From: Candidatus Thorarchaeota archaeon
Lineage (GTDB): Archaea > Asgardarchaeota > Thorarchaeia > Thorarchaeales > Thorarchaeaceae
Length of the DNA: 64,000 nt
Direction of reading: 5' to 3'
Assembly: GCA_029855935.1 (NCBI GenBank)
Contig: JAGSHN010000012.1
Location: forward strand, 272,869-336,868
Positions within the stretch are counted from its first letter, which is position 1. Each line of letters begins with the position of its first letter. Made by a program: the position numbers and the translations under genes. Below the pieces are notes generated by a model that saw only the letters and a list, made by a program, of their open reading frames with translations, made no database searches and was not told the DNA's origin. Shown here in pieces: positions 18,307-27,757 of this stretch.

Positions 18307-19242
18307 TTGTTTCTCTTTGACAAGGAACAGGCAGTGTTTGACGTCAGAGGTGTACGCTTTGGTGGCTCGCCAGGCGAGTTTCCCACGGTTCTCGCAGGGT
18401 CGATATTCTATGATGGTGACAAGATAGTGGAGGATGCCTCCCGAGGAACGTTCGACAGGGCTGCCGCCGAACGATTGATCAGCCTCCAGGATGAGATGTC
18501 GGACACCACGGGGAATCCCTGTGTGGTGCAGATAGTATCCTCTTCTACAGAGGCGATTGAGAGGTATATCGACTTTGTTGCCGATGTCACCGATGCCCCT
18601 ATCATCATCGACTCGACCTCCCATGAGGTACGCATCCGGGGGCTTCGCCATGCTGAGGAGGTGGGCCTGTTCGATGGCGTGATCTACAACTCGCTAAATG
18701 TGTCCATCACGAGGGAGGAGATTGAGGCGCTCTCTGAGATCCCGCCCGAGGCCGCTATTGTTCTTGCCTTCAATCCTCAAGATTCCTCGATGGCCGGTCG
18801 TCGTGCTGTTCTCGAACAGGGCGTCCATCGACTTGAGAGTGGACTGCTCCAGATGGCCGAGCAACTTGGTGTTCAGAAGCCGCTGATCGACACCGCTATC
18901 ACATCAATCGGAGCAGGTGCTGGCTCCTCTGTCGCCTTCATCTTTGTCGCAAAGGCCGCCTACGGCCTGCCCACGGGCGCTGGGATCCACAACGCGCCCG
19001 CATCGTGGCCGTGGTTGATCAGCTATCGCAAGAAGGACCGCGAGGCATTCAAGACCTGTGACGTTTCCTCAAGTCTGATGGTCCAGATGATGGGTGGAGA
19101 CTTTGTTCTATATGGTCCAATCAAGAACGCGCCGCGCGTCTTTCCCGTGGCCGCAATGGGTGATGTCATTGCAGCTGAGATGGCTCAAACGGAGTTGGGA
19201 ATAGAGCCAGCTGAGGGTCATCCTCTGTTTCGGCTCACATAG
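18307..19242 (+). CDS. mtrH: MtrH-like methyltransferase (paralog 2; closest to canonical MtrH)
   Basis: 311 aa; MFLFDKEQAVFDVRGVRFGGSPGEFPTVLAGSIFYDGDKIVEDASRGTFDRAAAERLISLQDEMSDTTGNP is nearly collinear with methanogen MtrH N-termini. Confidence 0.85.
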   Translation: MFLFDKEQAVFDVRGVRFGGSPGEFPTVLAGSIFYDGDKIVEDASRGTFDRAAAERLISLQDEMSDTTGNPCVVQIVSSSTEAIERYIDFVADVTDAPIIIDSTSHEVRIRGLRHAEEVGLFDGVIYNSLNVSITREEIEALSEIPPEAAIVLAFNPQDSSMAGRRAVLEQGVHRLESGLLQMAEQLGVQKPLIDTAITSIGAGAGSSVAFIFVAKAAYGLPTGAGIHNAPASWPWLISYRKKDREAFKTCDVSSSLMVQMMGGDFVLYGPIKNAPRVFPVAAMGDVIAAEMAQTELGIEPAEGHPLFRLT

Positions 19243-19248
19243 GAGGCG

Positions 19249-20682
19249 ATGATTGGCATGCCCTTTCGTTTCATCCGGCCACGCGGTCTGAGCACCGCGT
19301 CCTTGCGAAGGGGACCCTTCTACGTTGTTGCATCTGTGGAGCTGGGTAACACCACGACCAAGTGCATAATCGTGGCCACGGACCTCCGCAATGGCCGGAT
19401 GTACGAGCTCGCCAAGGTGGTACGTCCAACGCGCGACGTCCGTCCCCCAGCACCAGACGAAGAGGTGTTCGGCCGCACAGTGGTCGGTGTTCCTCTCACG
19501 CGAGAGTCTGTCAGCGAGTTCGTCCGTGACGTACTACTTGCAACTGTCGATCGTGCCCGACTCGACCTGTCACACGACCTACACTTTGTCGTCCGTTCAA
19601 CAGGTGTGACTGCAGGATTTGCGCGTCCCGAGGAGGTCGGAGAGATGGTGAAGGCCCTTGCCGACGGGTGCCTCTCTGCTGGTATCTCACCACGCCTGAT
19701 GACCGCCTCGCTGACCCCTGAGAACCTCCCTCCGGGCATCCGGGACTTCACTTGGCTCAGGAAGGTATACTTCGATGGCGCTATCGCAGGTTGTCTGCCG
19801 CCCGCTGACACGGGCGTAGTGGCCAACGAGATGGAGGGCGAGCTCGTCACTGCCGGAATCAAGGGCGCCGCTCGGTCTGCTGGGGTGGACTTCCGCAGCC
19901 CAGTGATCACATTGGACTTCGGAACGACTCTTGCAGGGCGGGTCACAGATGCCTCCCTTCCTTATGCAAAGACCGTGGGTTCTTTTGCGGGTCTTGCTGG
20001 CGCGATTCCCGATGCTCTGGCACGAGGATCCGACCTGGTCGACCCCGAGACTGGTACGGCGCTCGAGCTACCAAGGCCCTCCGGGACCCTAGACGATGGT
20101 ACCAGTGGTATCGAGGAGGATGTGGAACGGGTGCACGGGTTGATCCGCGTGCAGCGGGTGGCCAAAGGCAGAACTCGATTCGGTACGGTCCCTGTTGATC
20201 CCCGTGCTGCAGAGGAGGCTGGACTCGTTCTCGTGGGTGTCGATGTGGGTGACAACGGTTCTGGCCTCGCTGTCCTCACAGAGATTGGTCGCGAGGTCTA
20301 TGACCGTGGCGGTGTCCGCCTCCTGACCCTTCTTATTGACCTCGTACAGGTAGGACTTGTCGAGCGCATCATGAAAGTGGTGGATGCAAGTGGCCTTCTC
20401 CTGAGAGGGACATCACTTGGCCTGACAGGACGTGCCATCCTCACGGGACAGAAGCCACGCCTCTTGGCGCAACGACTGAGGGCACCTGACGGGTCTCTGT
20501 GGGCTGACACCCGTCTCCTTGTTCTTGTCGAGGACGGTCTTGCTATGGGTGCTGGCGTCGCCGCGAGATGTATGAACTCACTCGGGACGCCTAGGAATCC
20601 GATTGGTGGCCGCAGAGGTGACGGCTGCATCATGGCCCAGCGTATGAGGCTACAGGGCGAGAGGCGTGGGAACGGCGGCTGA
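19249..20682 (+). CDS. ASKHA-fold ATPase (hydantoinase/acetate-kinase-like), possibly H4MPT-linked C1-transfer pathway protein or corrinoid-activation ATPase
   Basis: 477 aa; N-terminal phosphate-1 loop VELGNTTTKCII and later glycine-rich DFGTTLAG motifs typical of the actin/hexokinase/Hsp70 (ASKHA) superfamily. No Fe-S cysteine clusters. Located inside the MtrH/MtrA cassette. Confidence 0.4.
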   Translation: MIGMPFRFIRPRGLSTASLRRGPFYVVASVELGNTTTKCIIVATDLRNGRMYELAKVVRPTRDVRPPAPDEEVFGRTVVGVPLTRESVSEFVRDVLLATVDRARLDLSHDLHFVVRSTGVTAGFARPEEVGEMVKALADGCLSAGISPRLMTASLTPENLPPGIRDFTWLRKVYFDGAIAGCLPPADTGVVANEMEGELVTAGIKGAARSAGVDFRSPVITLDFGTTLAGRVTDASLPYAKTVGSFAGLAGAIPDALARGSDLVDPETGTALELPRPSGTLDDGTSGIEEDVERVHGLIRVQRVAKGRTRFGTVPVDPRAAEEAGLVLVGVDVGDNGSGLAVLTEIGREVYDRGGVRLLTLLIDLVQVGLVERIMKVVDASGLLLRGTSLGLTGRAILTGQKPRLLAQRLRAPDGSLWADTRLLVLVEDGLAMGAGVAARCMNSLGTPRNPIGGRRGDGCIMAQRMRLQGERRGNGG

Positions 20683-20716
20683 TGGTCGTCCCCAGGCTGC
20701 GGCGTTCGCAGGCCTT

Positions 20717-21535
20717 ATGAGAATGGTCGTGGCCCTCTCACGCGAGGTATGTGTTCCCTTGCTTGTCATCCCGATAAAGACCCGTATGATCACTCCCGAG
20801 GACGACCTCCTGACGGTGATTGCCGAGGGGATGGAGCATGCTGGCCAAGTCTTTGAGGACCGCGACATCTTGGGGGTGGCCGAGACGCCCCTGGGAACCA
20901 CCGAGGGAAGAGTCGTCAGGCTTGCGGATGTCGAGGTGTCCCCGGAGGCCAAGCGTCTCGCTGATGAGTACGACCTGCTCCCAGAGGTGGCACAGCTCGT
21001 TATGGATGAGGCAGACGAGATCCTTGGTGGTATTCCTCACGTCCTCCTGACGATAAAGAACAACACGCTGATGGCCAATGCGGGTGTCGACAAGTCGAAT
21101 GTGCCACCAGGGTATGCCTCGCTCCTGCCTAAGGACCCACGGGCGAGCGCAGAGCGCATCCGTCGCGAGGTGAGAAGGCGATTCGGGAAAGACGTAGGGG
21201 TCGTAGTCATTGACAGTCGCACTCAACCTCTGCGACTGGGAAACATCGGGATGGCGTTGGGAGTCGCTGGCTTCAGACCCGTCGTTGATGAGAGGGGAAA
21301 GAAGGATCTCTTCGGCAATGTGTTGAGGGTGACGCGGAGGGCTGTGGCAGATAACCTTGCCTCAGCGTGCACACTCGTGATGGGAGAGTCAAGCGAGTCC
21401 GTGCCCGCTGCTCTGGTCAGAGGAGCGCCAGTGGAGTTCGTCGATTCCTCCTTTGACTCTGCCGAGATGTGGATTCCCCCGGACGAGTGCATGTATATGG
21501 CCATCTTCAACAGGTGGAGAAACGCCGAGAGCTAG
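20717..21535 (+). CDS. cofE: CofE-like F420-0:gamma-glutamyl ligase family protein
   Basis: ORF 20666..21535 (likely start MRMVVAL at about 20717). ANAGVDKSNVPPGYASLLPKDP...VGVVVIDSRTQPLRLGNIGMALGVAGF...DERGKKDLFGN...ADNLASACTLVMGESSESVP matches CofE motifs (ANAGIDESN..., IIADTNGR, DDRG.EDL.G). Confidence 0.75.
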   Translation: MRMVVALSREVCVPLLVIPIKTRMITPEDDLLTVIAEGMEHAGQVFEDRDILGVAETPLGTTEGRVVRLADVEVSPEAKRLADEYDLLPEVAQLVMDEADEILGGIPHVLLTIKNNTLMANAGVDKSNVPPGYASLLPKDPRASAERIRREVRRRFGKDVGVVVIDSRTQPLRLGNIGMALGVAGFRPVVDERGKKDLFGNVLRVTRRAVADNLASACTLVMGESSESVPAALVRGAPVEFVDSSFDSAEMWIPPDECMYMAIFNRWRNAES

Positions 21536-21640
21536 CTATTTAAGATAGGTCATATGCCTGATTCCGCGTAGCGAGAGTGGGCCGCGGTCGGGTGTGACCA
21601 CCGGCCGGGGCACAGCCTCGAGTTGTGAGGACCGAACGAT

Positions 21641-22990
21641 ATGAGTGAGAGAGTAGTGCTACTGGATGTCAGATCAGCAGGTGCCTCAGGGGACATGTTC
21701 CTCTCCGCGCTCCTTGACCTTCTTGGTGATCAAGAGGCCCTTATGAGAGTGGCTGCCAGTCTGTTGATCTACGACCCCTCCATAAGGGTAAAGGTCGAAG
21801 AGGTTTCGGCAGACGGTCTGAGGGGTCTGCGCGTGGATATTCATACCGACAAAGGAATACGCCTGTCCCCAGAGTCGCTGCGAGAGGTGATAAAGGGAGT
21901 TGCCGACGAGATTCAGCTCTCGGACATTGCCACCAAGTTCTCATATCGTGTTCTTGACAGGCTGCTTGAGGCGGAGTCCAAGGCCCATGGCACGCCAATT
22001 GACCAGCTCCATCTCCATGAAACAGGCTCTGTGGATACTGTCCTTGATATCGTAGGAACCGCCTATCTGCTAGAGCGTTTCGGTCTCCTGGGAAAGGTGC
22101 GCTTCCTCTCCACTCCGGTCGCTGTCGGAGACGGGACAATTGAGACAGAGCACGGCGAGATGGAGGTCCCCGTCCCAGCTGTCGCAGAAATACTGGTCAG
22201 TCACGACGTACCCTACGTCACGGGAGAGGCCACCACCGAGGCCTTGACTCCGACTGGCGCTGCGATTCTCGTCACGCTTGTCGACGAGTTCGTGGAGTCG
22301 ACAGTAGACATCGAGATAGTGAAGGAGGGTGTGGGATTTGGCTCACGTGACCTGGGGAGGGTGCCGAATGTGATGAAGATTGGGATTGGCAATCGTCCCG
22401 AGGCTGCCGAGGCTGCTCCTGTTGCCGACCGCGTAACCACCACGACCCGCGCGAGAGCTCCCACGGCCAAGCCAGTCACAACAACGGGCAAGAAATCCTC
22501 GGCGCCCACGGGGGTGGGCGTCTGGGAGACCGACCAGGTCCTTGTCATAGAGACCACGGTCGACGACGTAGATGGTGAGGCTATCGGGTCAATCTTCGAC
22601 ACGCTGCTCTCCAGTGGTGACGCCTATGACGTCATAATGATACCTGCCTTTGGTAAGAAGAACCGTCCGTGTTATGTCATCAAGGTGTTGGCTCCCGAGT
22701 CCAGCCTTATGACCGTGGCTGAGACCCTTGTCCGGCATCTCGGCTCTCTTGGTGTGCGGTATACTACGTGGGATCGGCTCAAGGCTGTCCGTGAGATAAT
22801 CGTGTGCCGCTTGGAGATAGATGGCAAGGAATACATGGTCCGGGTGAAGGTCTCGCGTTCACCGGATGGCAGCATCATCAATATCAAGCCCGAGGCTGAT
22901 GACCTGATGAAGGTGTCTGCTGAGACTGGTATGCCTGTGCGCGAGCTCAAGCCGCGTGTGGCGCTCCAAGCCTATGCAGTCACCGACTGA
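21641..22990 (+). CDS. larC: LarC-family nickel-pincer cofactor biosynthesis protein (DUF111)
   Basis: 449 aa; N-terminal VVLLDVRSAGASGDMFLSALLDLLGD is the hallmark LarC start (LYLDCFSGISGDM). Thr/Ala-rich linker, then the C-terminal DUF111 domain. Confidence 0.8.
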   Translation: MSERVVLLDVRSAGASGDMFLSALLDLLGDQEALMRVAASLLIYDPSIRVKVEEVSADGLRGLRVDIHTDKGIRLSPESLREVIKGVADEIQLSDIATKFSYRVLDRLLEAESKAHGTPIDQLHLHETGSVDTVLDIVGTAYLLERFGLLGKVRFLSTPVAVGDGTIETEHGEMEVPVPAVAEILVSHDVPYVTGEATTEALTPTGAAILVTLVDEFVESTVDIEIVKEGVGFGSRDLGRVPNVMKIGIGNRPEAAEAAPVADRVTTTTRARAPTAKPVTTTGKKSSAPTGVGVWETDQVLVIETTVDDVDGEAIGSIFDTLLSSGDAYDVIMIPAFGKKNRPCYVIKVLAPESSLMTVAETLVRHLGSLGVRYTTWDRLKAVREIIVCRLEIDGKEYMVRVKVSRSPDGSIINIKPEADDLMKVSAETGMPVRELKPRVALQAYAVTD

Positions 22991-25289
22991 CGTCTGCAAG
23001 TTGTGGTTGCATCGGCTCTAGATACTGTGCAGGAATCAGCTCCTCGAAGGCCCGAATGCACAGCTGAGCGTACGCCTCTGCGTCATAGCCTGTATCACGG
23101 TCCATCAGCTCTACCGCACGTACTCTCTGCTCAGGGATACGGGCGTCCGCATCGACTATCACATATCCCACACGCTGTCCAGCGTGAATACTTCTCCCAG
23201 CGCTCTTCAACTGATGGGCAACTATTGAGGTTCGTGTGGGAGCGCGATACTCGTCGGGGCTCCGGCTCAGACGTGAGTGTATGACGAGATCCCGCGCATC
23301 GACGTTCCCGACGAAGAGTTTCCTGACAAAGCGTCTGCACACGGCATGGGCCTCTGGAATGAATCTGACAAACTCCTCGCGATTCCTCGCACGCGCGAGA
23401 GTTCTCATCATCTCCATCTGACAGTCGCGTACATAGAGGCATGAGTCCCTCCTGCGTGTGGCGAGTCCCCGAACCTTTATCGCACCGTTTCGATACACCC
23501 CGTAGTAGCGGTTCAGAGGGGCTATTCTACGATGCATTCTCGATGATGGTATCGTGAGCCAGCGATAGACCCCCTTCAGTGACATCTCTATACCTGTTTC
23601 CTCAGTCACCCGTCTGCAGAACTCCTGTATTGTCTCATAGTCCACGGGCCCTCTCATCCTGAGCCAGACGGAGTCGACAATCCCGTGGATGAGATCCAGT
23701 CCCATCCGTTCACCAATCTCTCTCGTCCGGAGCAGCGTCTTTCGGGCAAAGGCGGTCACTGCGGTATGGGCCTCCACCCTACCAAATCTCGCATTCTTAA
23801 AGCCAAGGTATCCGAAACAGGAGACCAGCACACCCTTGAGCGTGTTCTGCATCAGCTGATATCTGGTTGTGTCCCGCCCCTGCTTGATGAGGCGCTTGAA
23901 CTCTCTTCTCCTCCTTATGACGAGCTCGAGCGCCTCAGCCACAATCCCCTTTCTCCGTTGACAGACGCGGTATGGCAGCTCTGGTACATCACGACAGTAT
24001 CGGCCTCCATACCTACACTGTTCGGGTTTCTGTGTACAGATTGTCTCAGGACTGATATTGTTCCTCACCATCAGTGTCGGATACATTGACGAGAAGTCGC
24101 ATTCGACCACATCCTCATAGACATCGGGTGTGGGCTGAAAGATCAGTCCTCCACGGTCGATGAGTGCGAGGACGTTTAGTGACTTCAGAAACTCGGGGTT
24201 CCTCTTCACTGGTGGAATGAGTAGCCCCCTCTTGAGGGCGTGATAGTACTGTATTGCTGCATTGACGCTTCCTATGGACATCCGTGCCACTCGTTGAGGT
24301 GGCGTCATCGCGATCCTGCATCCCTCAACTATCCCATCTAGCCCACGTGGCGAGTAGTAGAGACTTCGACTGGTATCGATATGTATTCGCCCATTGAACA
24401 TCACCTGATTGCCGGGCCGGAAAACGACATGATTGTATTGCCAGAACGATGATGGTTGTCGTTCTCTGACGTTGAGAGGCGTCCCGTCCCGCGAGAGAGT
24501 CAGGATGATGTTGTTGGCTCGCGCCCTGATGGTGAGATAGTGAAAGAGATACTCGTCTCCGCCATTGGTCACTATGATATCGGGGTCTATCTCGTCAATG
24601 GCATGCTGAAGGCATCTGAGGGTCTCCCGCTCGGTCTGTTCTCCGATGACGAGGACTCGCCCATTATCATGCTCTATTGTCACATGATGTAGAGGATCGC
24701 TGAGATGCGGGAAGAGTCTCTGAGAGTCAGCAAAGACCTCCAGTCGTATGATATTCAGTGGTGGAATCTCGTACTCTACATCGTCACGGTCGTCAATGGA
24801 GCGTACTCTTGAGATGGTCATCTCATCTCCCGACCTGTCGAACTCCACCCGCCCGAAGGGGAAGACATCCTCCTCGATGAAGAACTGCTGTACGGGATCG
24901 AGGTCCGCGTGGTATACGACTGCGTCAGGGATCTGATGAAGGTCACGTGCCACCACATACAGTGCAGCCGGTCCTGTCCTGACCCGGATGACTGGTGACC
25001 TGTCCTCATCGTAGACGCTGAGGAATCTATGTATGATCTCGGTCTGGTCAACAAGTGGATGTTCCTCAATGGCTCTGCTGACCTGCTCCAGTGTCCGCTC
25101 GCTATCTCCCTCGATGTGGACGAAGAGTGACGGTCTGAACCCACGATAGATGTATCCGCTTGTGGTCGTGCCCTGTTTTATCCACAGGCGGAGCGCGTTA
25201 TGCGCGTGGTCCACGGTGGCGTCAAGTATCCACCCCCGTTCAGTCGTCCCCGTCATTTTCCTTCCCACAACGCTCTGTTCTCTTCTCAA
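22980..25289 (-). CDS. Family B DNA polymerase-like protein with degenerate catalytic motifs (putative inactivated PolB paralog)
   Basis: 769 aa. Motif A retained (CDFSSMYPTLM, cf. DxxSLYPSI). Motif B weakened (KGVLVSCFGYLG, cf. KxxxNSxYG). Motif C YGDTDS replaced by HGIVDS. Exonuclease region recognisable (DPDIIVTNGGDEYLFHYL). The start may be the second Met (MTGTTERGW). Confidence 0.8.
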   Translation of the reverse strand: MRREQSVVGRKMTGTTERGWILDATVDHAHNALRLWIKQGTTTSGYIYRGFRPSLFVHIEGDSERTLEQVSRAIEEHPLVDQTEIIHRFLSVYDEDRSPVIRVRTGPAALYVVARDLHQIPDAVVYHADLDPVQQFFIEEDVFPFGRVEFDRSGDEMTISRVRSIDDRDDVEYEIPPLNIIRLEVFADSQRLFPHLSDPLHHVTIEHDNGRVLVIGEQTERETLRCLQHAIDEIDPDIIVTNGGDEYLFHYLTIRARANNIILTLSRDGTPLNVRERQPSSFWQYNHVVFRPGNQVMFNGRIHIDTSRSLYYSPRGLDGIVEGCRIAMTPPQRVARMSIGSVNAAIQYYHALKRGLLIPPVKRNPEFLKSLNVLALIDRGGLIFQPTPDVYEDVVECDFSSMYPTLMVRNNISPETICTQKPEQCRYGGRYCRDVPELPYRVCQRRKGIVAEALELVIRRRREFKRLIKQGRDTTRYQLMQNTLKGVLVSCFGYLGFKNARFGRVEAHTAVTAFARKTLLRTREIGERMGLDLIHGIVDSVWLRMRGPVDYETIQEFCRRVTEETGIEMSLKGVYRWLTIPSSRMHRRIAPLNRYYGVYRNGAIKVRGLATRRRDSCLYVRDCQMEMMRTLARARNREEFVRFIPEAHAVCRRFVRKLFVGNVDARDLVIHSRLSRSPDEYRAPTRTSIVAHQLKSAGRSIHAGQRVGYVIVDADARIPEQRVRAVELMDRDTGYDAEAYAQLCIRAFEELIPAQYLEPMQPQLADVSR

Positions 25290-25542
25290 GCTCCGTCAGT
25301 CGCTCTTCCAGATGTCTGACGGTACCGAGGAGGTCAATCAGCGCACTGATGAGAACCACCTCGATGGGCCGGGGGGTGACAATCATTGTCCCGGCATCCG
25401 CGTGGGCGCGAGCGCTGTCGAATATGGCATCAAGCATCGACCTGTCAAGAGGTCGCAGAGTGCGTCGGAAATTATGCCATCGCTCCTCCTCTCTCTCCAC
25501 CATGTCGCGGAAGGTCTGTACAGTTCGGCCCATCTCAATCAC
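25240..25542 (-). CDS. Small hypothetical protein (100 aa) upstream of/overlapping the PolB-like gene start
   Basis: Balanced composition, coiled-coil-like C-terminus (HLEERLTELEKRTER). Sits in an otherwise ORF-poor 610-nt gap. Weakly supported. Confidence 0.25.
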   Translation of the reverse strand: MIEMGRTVQTFRDMVEREEERWHNFRRTLRPLDRSMLDAIFDSARAHADAGTMIVTPRPIEVVLISALIDLLGTVRHLEERLTELEKRTERCGKENDGDD

Positions 25543-25931
25543 CGAGCCTGCCCGCTGTCTGCTCGTTCGCGTCCAGTCTGTGAACGGCCGTCGGCATCCT
25601 CTACCATCGTGTCAGACGGTATCTGTCTTATTGCCACTGGGTGTCTATTCGATATGACATTGTCCTCCTAGACTGATGGCCGAAAGTAAGCAGGCGTGGT
25701 TCGCCTAGTCCCTCTGGGTATACAGGCTGGCGACAGACCCCCAGTACTCAACGGTCCTCGGCCCAGCAAGAATCGGTCTTCTGATGCATCTGGCCTCAAA
25801 AGTGTGGCCCACCAGAGTGCCATACCGCAGGACAAGTTTCTTATTACCCATTCGCACAACACCACAGGACTAGAACGGATGACTGGTAAGCAGTTCTTCC
25901 CGTGCTCACAAATCCGTCTGGTGGTCACGCA

Positions 25932-26498
25932 ATGGTTACGGCACTATTCAAGGTCGTTCTGATGGGCGATGGCTCAGTCGGCAAGACAAGTCTTCGCAGG
26001 GCCTACATGGGCGAGGGATTCCGTGCCTCCTATATGATCACAATCGGGGCAGACTTTGCTGTCAAGAAGATGGTGCTCGAGGGCGGTCACGAGGTCAGCA
26101 TTCAGATCTGGGACCTCGCCGGTCAGGAACACTTCAAGAACGTCCGTTCTACCTTCTACAAGGGCGCCCAGGGGGCCCTTGCTGTCTATTCAACTGTCGA
26201 GCGCTCCTCATTTGAGAACTTGCCCAACTGGATTCAGGAGTGCTGGCATAATGCCGGAAAGAAGATTCCCATTGTTGTCATCGGCAACAAGATTGACCTG
26301 AGACAACAGTTCGAGGGCAATCCTGCCATGCGGCACAACATCGTGACCACGGAGGAGGGTCGAAGGCTCGCAGAGGAGCTGGCCAAACAGGGAGTCCATA
26401 CGTCATTTCTGGAGACATCGGCCAAGACTGGCGAGAACGTCGAGGCAGCATTCCTTGAGCTTGCAATAAAGATTCTTGAGGCTGGTGGGTTGGGATAG
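25932..26498 (+). CDS. Ras-superfamily small GTPase (Rab/Ras-like)
   Basis: ORF 25902..26498; likely start MVTALFKVVLMGDG. G1 GDGSVGKTS, switch I/RabF-like TIGADF, switch II WDLAGQE, G4 GNKIDL, G5 ETSAK. No C-terminal prenylation Cys. Confidence 0.8.
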   Translation: MVTALFKVVLMGDGSVGKTSLRRAYMGEGFRASYMITIGADFAVKKMVLEGGHEVSIQIWDLAGQEHFKNVRSTFYKGAQGALAVYSTVERSSFENLPNWIQECWHNAGKKIPIVVIGNKIDLRQQFEGNPAMRHNIVTTEEGRRLAEELAKQGVHTSFLETSAKTGENVEAAFLELAIKILEAGGLG

Positions 26499-26598
26499 AG
26501 GTCTGTCGCCAACAGATTTGCTTGTTCATCTTGCGCCTCTTTTTTCACAACACTTTTAGCGGTCCCGCCGCGCTTGACAGCCATCATAGAGTGACCGG

Positions 26599-27738
26599 AT
26601 GCGACATCTGATGAGTACAGAGGACCTGTCACTATTCCTCAGACCAAAGACGTTGAAGGCTCCGGCAGAACACGGCTCAGAGATCACCCGCAGGCTTGCC
26701 ATAAACAGGGTTGGACGGATGTACGCAGCTGCAATGCAAGACCGCACAATCCGTCTCTTTGATGTTCGGAACGGCGAGGAGGTGCAGGTCTTTGAGGATA
26801 ACTTTCTCTGCACGAGTATCGCATTCAGTCCACATGGTGATATCATTGCCTCTGGCGGTGTCGACCGCGTGATCAAGCTGTGGGACATCAGAACAGGAGA
26901 GCATCTTGCCACTCTTGAGGGTCACAGCTATCCGGTCTTGAGCCTCTCGTTCTCTCCCGATGGTGACAGACTCGTCTCAGGCGGTGGCGATGCCACTCTG
27001 ATGATATGGGATATTGGCAATCGCTCTCAGATCCGACAGCTGAAGGGTCACTCACTCTACGTCGTCACCTGTCAATGGGACCCCAACGGCGGGCGCATAG
27101 TGTCGGGCAGCGTGGACTCCTTCATCGGTGTGTGGGATCCCGATTCGGGCAAGCGTCTTGCTTGGCTACAGGAACATCACACTGCAGTGCACGCCGTCCG
27201 CTTCACGAATGACGGTCAGACGCTTGCGTCTGGCTCATCCGATCAGACAATAAAGATCTGGGACGCCTCGGTGCCGACGCTGAGGCTGAAACAGACGCTC
27301 CGGCGGCACTCTGCCGAGGTACGCTGTCTTGCCTTTTCATCCGATGGCCGCTATCTTGCGTCCGGGTCAAGTGACAGGGAGCTCTATGTCTGGCTCACAG
27401 ATGGGTACGTCAAAGCAGGCGAGGGTTCCACGCTCAGCGAGATTGATGGCATTGAGTGGCTTCCTGAGAGGTCGGCATTTCTCACCGCGGATGGCTCAGG
27501 TGCAGTCATCCGCTGGGAGGTAGAGGATCTCGAAACGGTTCTTGCACCCTTCAAGGCGCTGTTGTCTGAAATCGAGGCCGACACAACGCACTCCCGGCGC
27601 GAGGAGCTAATTCAGAAGTTCGAGACCCTGAAGTCCCAGTACGATCCTGAAGTGCTGCGTGACAAGAGGGTGTTCTATGCTGTCTGGCAATGCAAGAGAG
27701 GTCTTGGACTGCTGAAGGGCACTCCGGCGAGACAGTGA
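26599..27738 (+). CDS. WD40-repeat beta-propeller protein
   Basis: 379 aa with about seven repeats ending in ...WD: ASGGVDRVIKLWD, VSGGGDATLMIWD, VSGSVDSFIGVWD, ASGSSDQTIKIWD, ASGSSDRELYVW. Confidence 0.8.
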   Translation: MRHLMSTEDLSLFLRPKTLKAPAEHGSEITRRLAINRVGRMYAAAMQDRTIRLFDVRNGEEVQVFEDNFLCTSIAFSPHGDIIASGGVDRVIKLWDIRTGEHLATLEGHSYPVLSLSFSPDGDRLVSGGGDATLMIWDIGNRSQIRQLKGHSLYVVTCQWDPNGGRIVSGSVDSFIGVWDPDSGKRLAWLQEHHTAVHAVRFTNDGQTLASGSSDQTIKIWDASVPTLRLKQTLRRHSAEVRCLAFSSDGRYLASGSSDRELYVWLTDGYVKAGEGSTLSEIDGIEWLPERSAFLTADGSGAVIRWEVEDLETVLAPFKALLSEIEADTTHSRREELIQKFETLKSQYDPEVLRDKRVFYAVWQCKRGLGLLKGTPARQ

Positions 27739-27757
27739 GTTGTTCATACCCTTCGCA

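Noticed and set aside
16670-19242. Possibility that this is part of the methanogen MtrA-H membrane complex
   Set aside because: Only A-like and H-like genes are present. MtrA lacks the membrane anchor and no mtrB-G follow, so the energy-conserving Mtr complex is not encoded here.
19320-19946. 208-aa minus-strand ORF (Arg/Ser/Thr/Pro-rich)
   Set aside because: Antisense to the ASKHA ATPase gene; compositionally biased with no motifs. GC-rich frame artefact.
25150-25962. Plus-strand ORFs 25150..25671, 25160..25657, 25386..25583 and 25696..25962
   Set aside because: Mutually overlapping in different frames within the non-coding gap, Ser/Arg/Pro-rich, without motifs; probably not genes.
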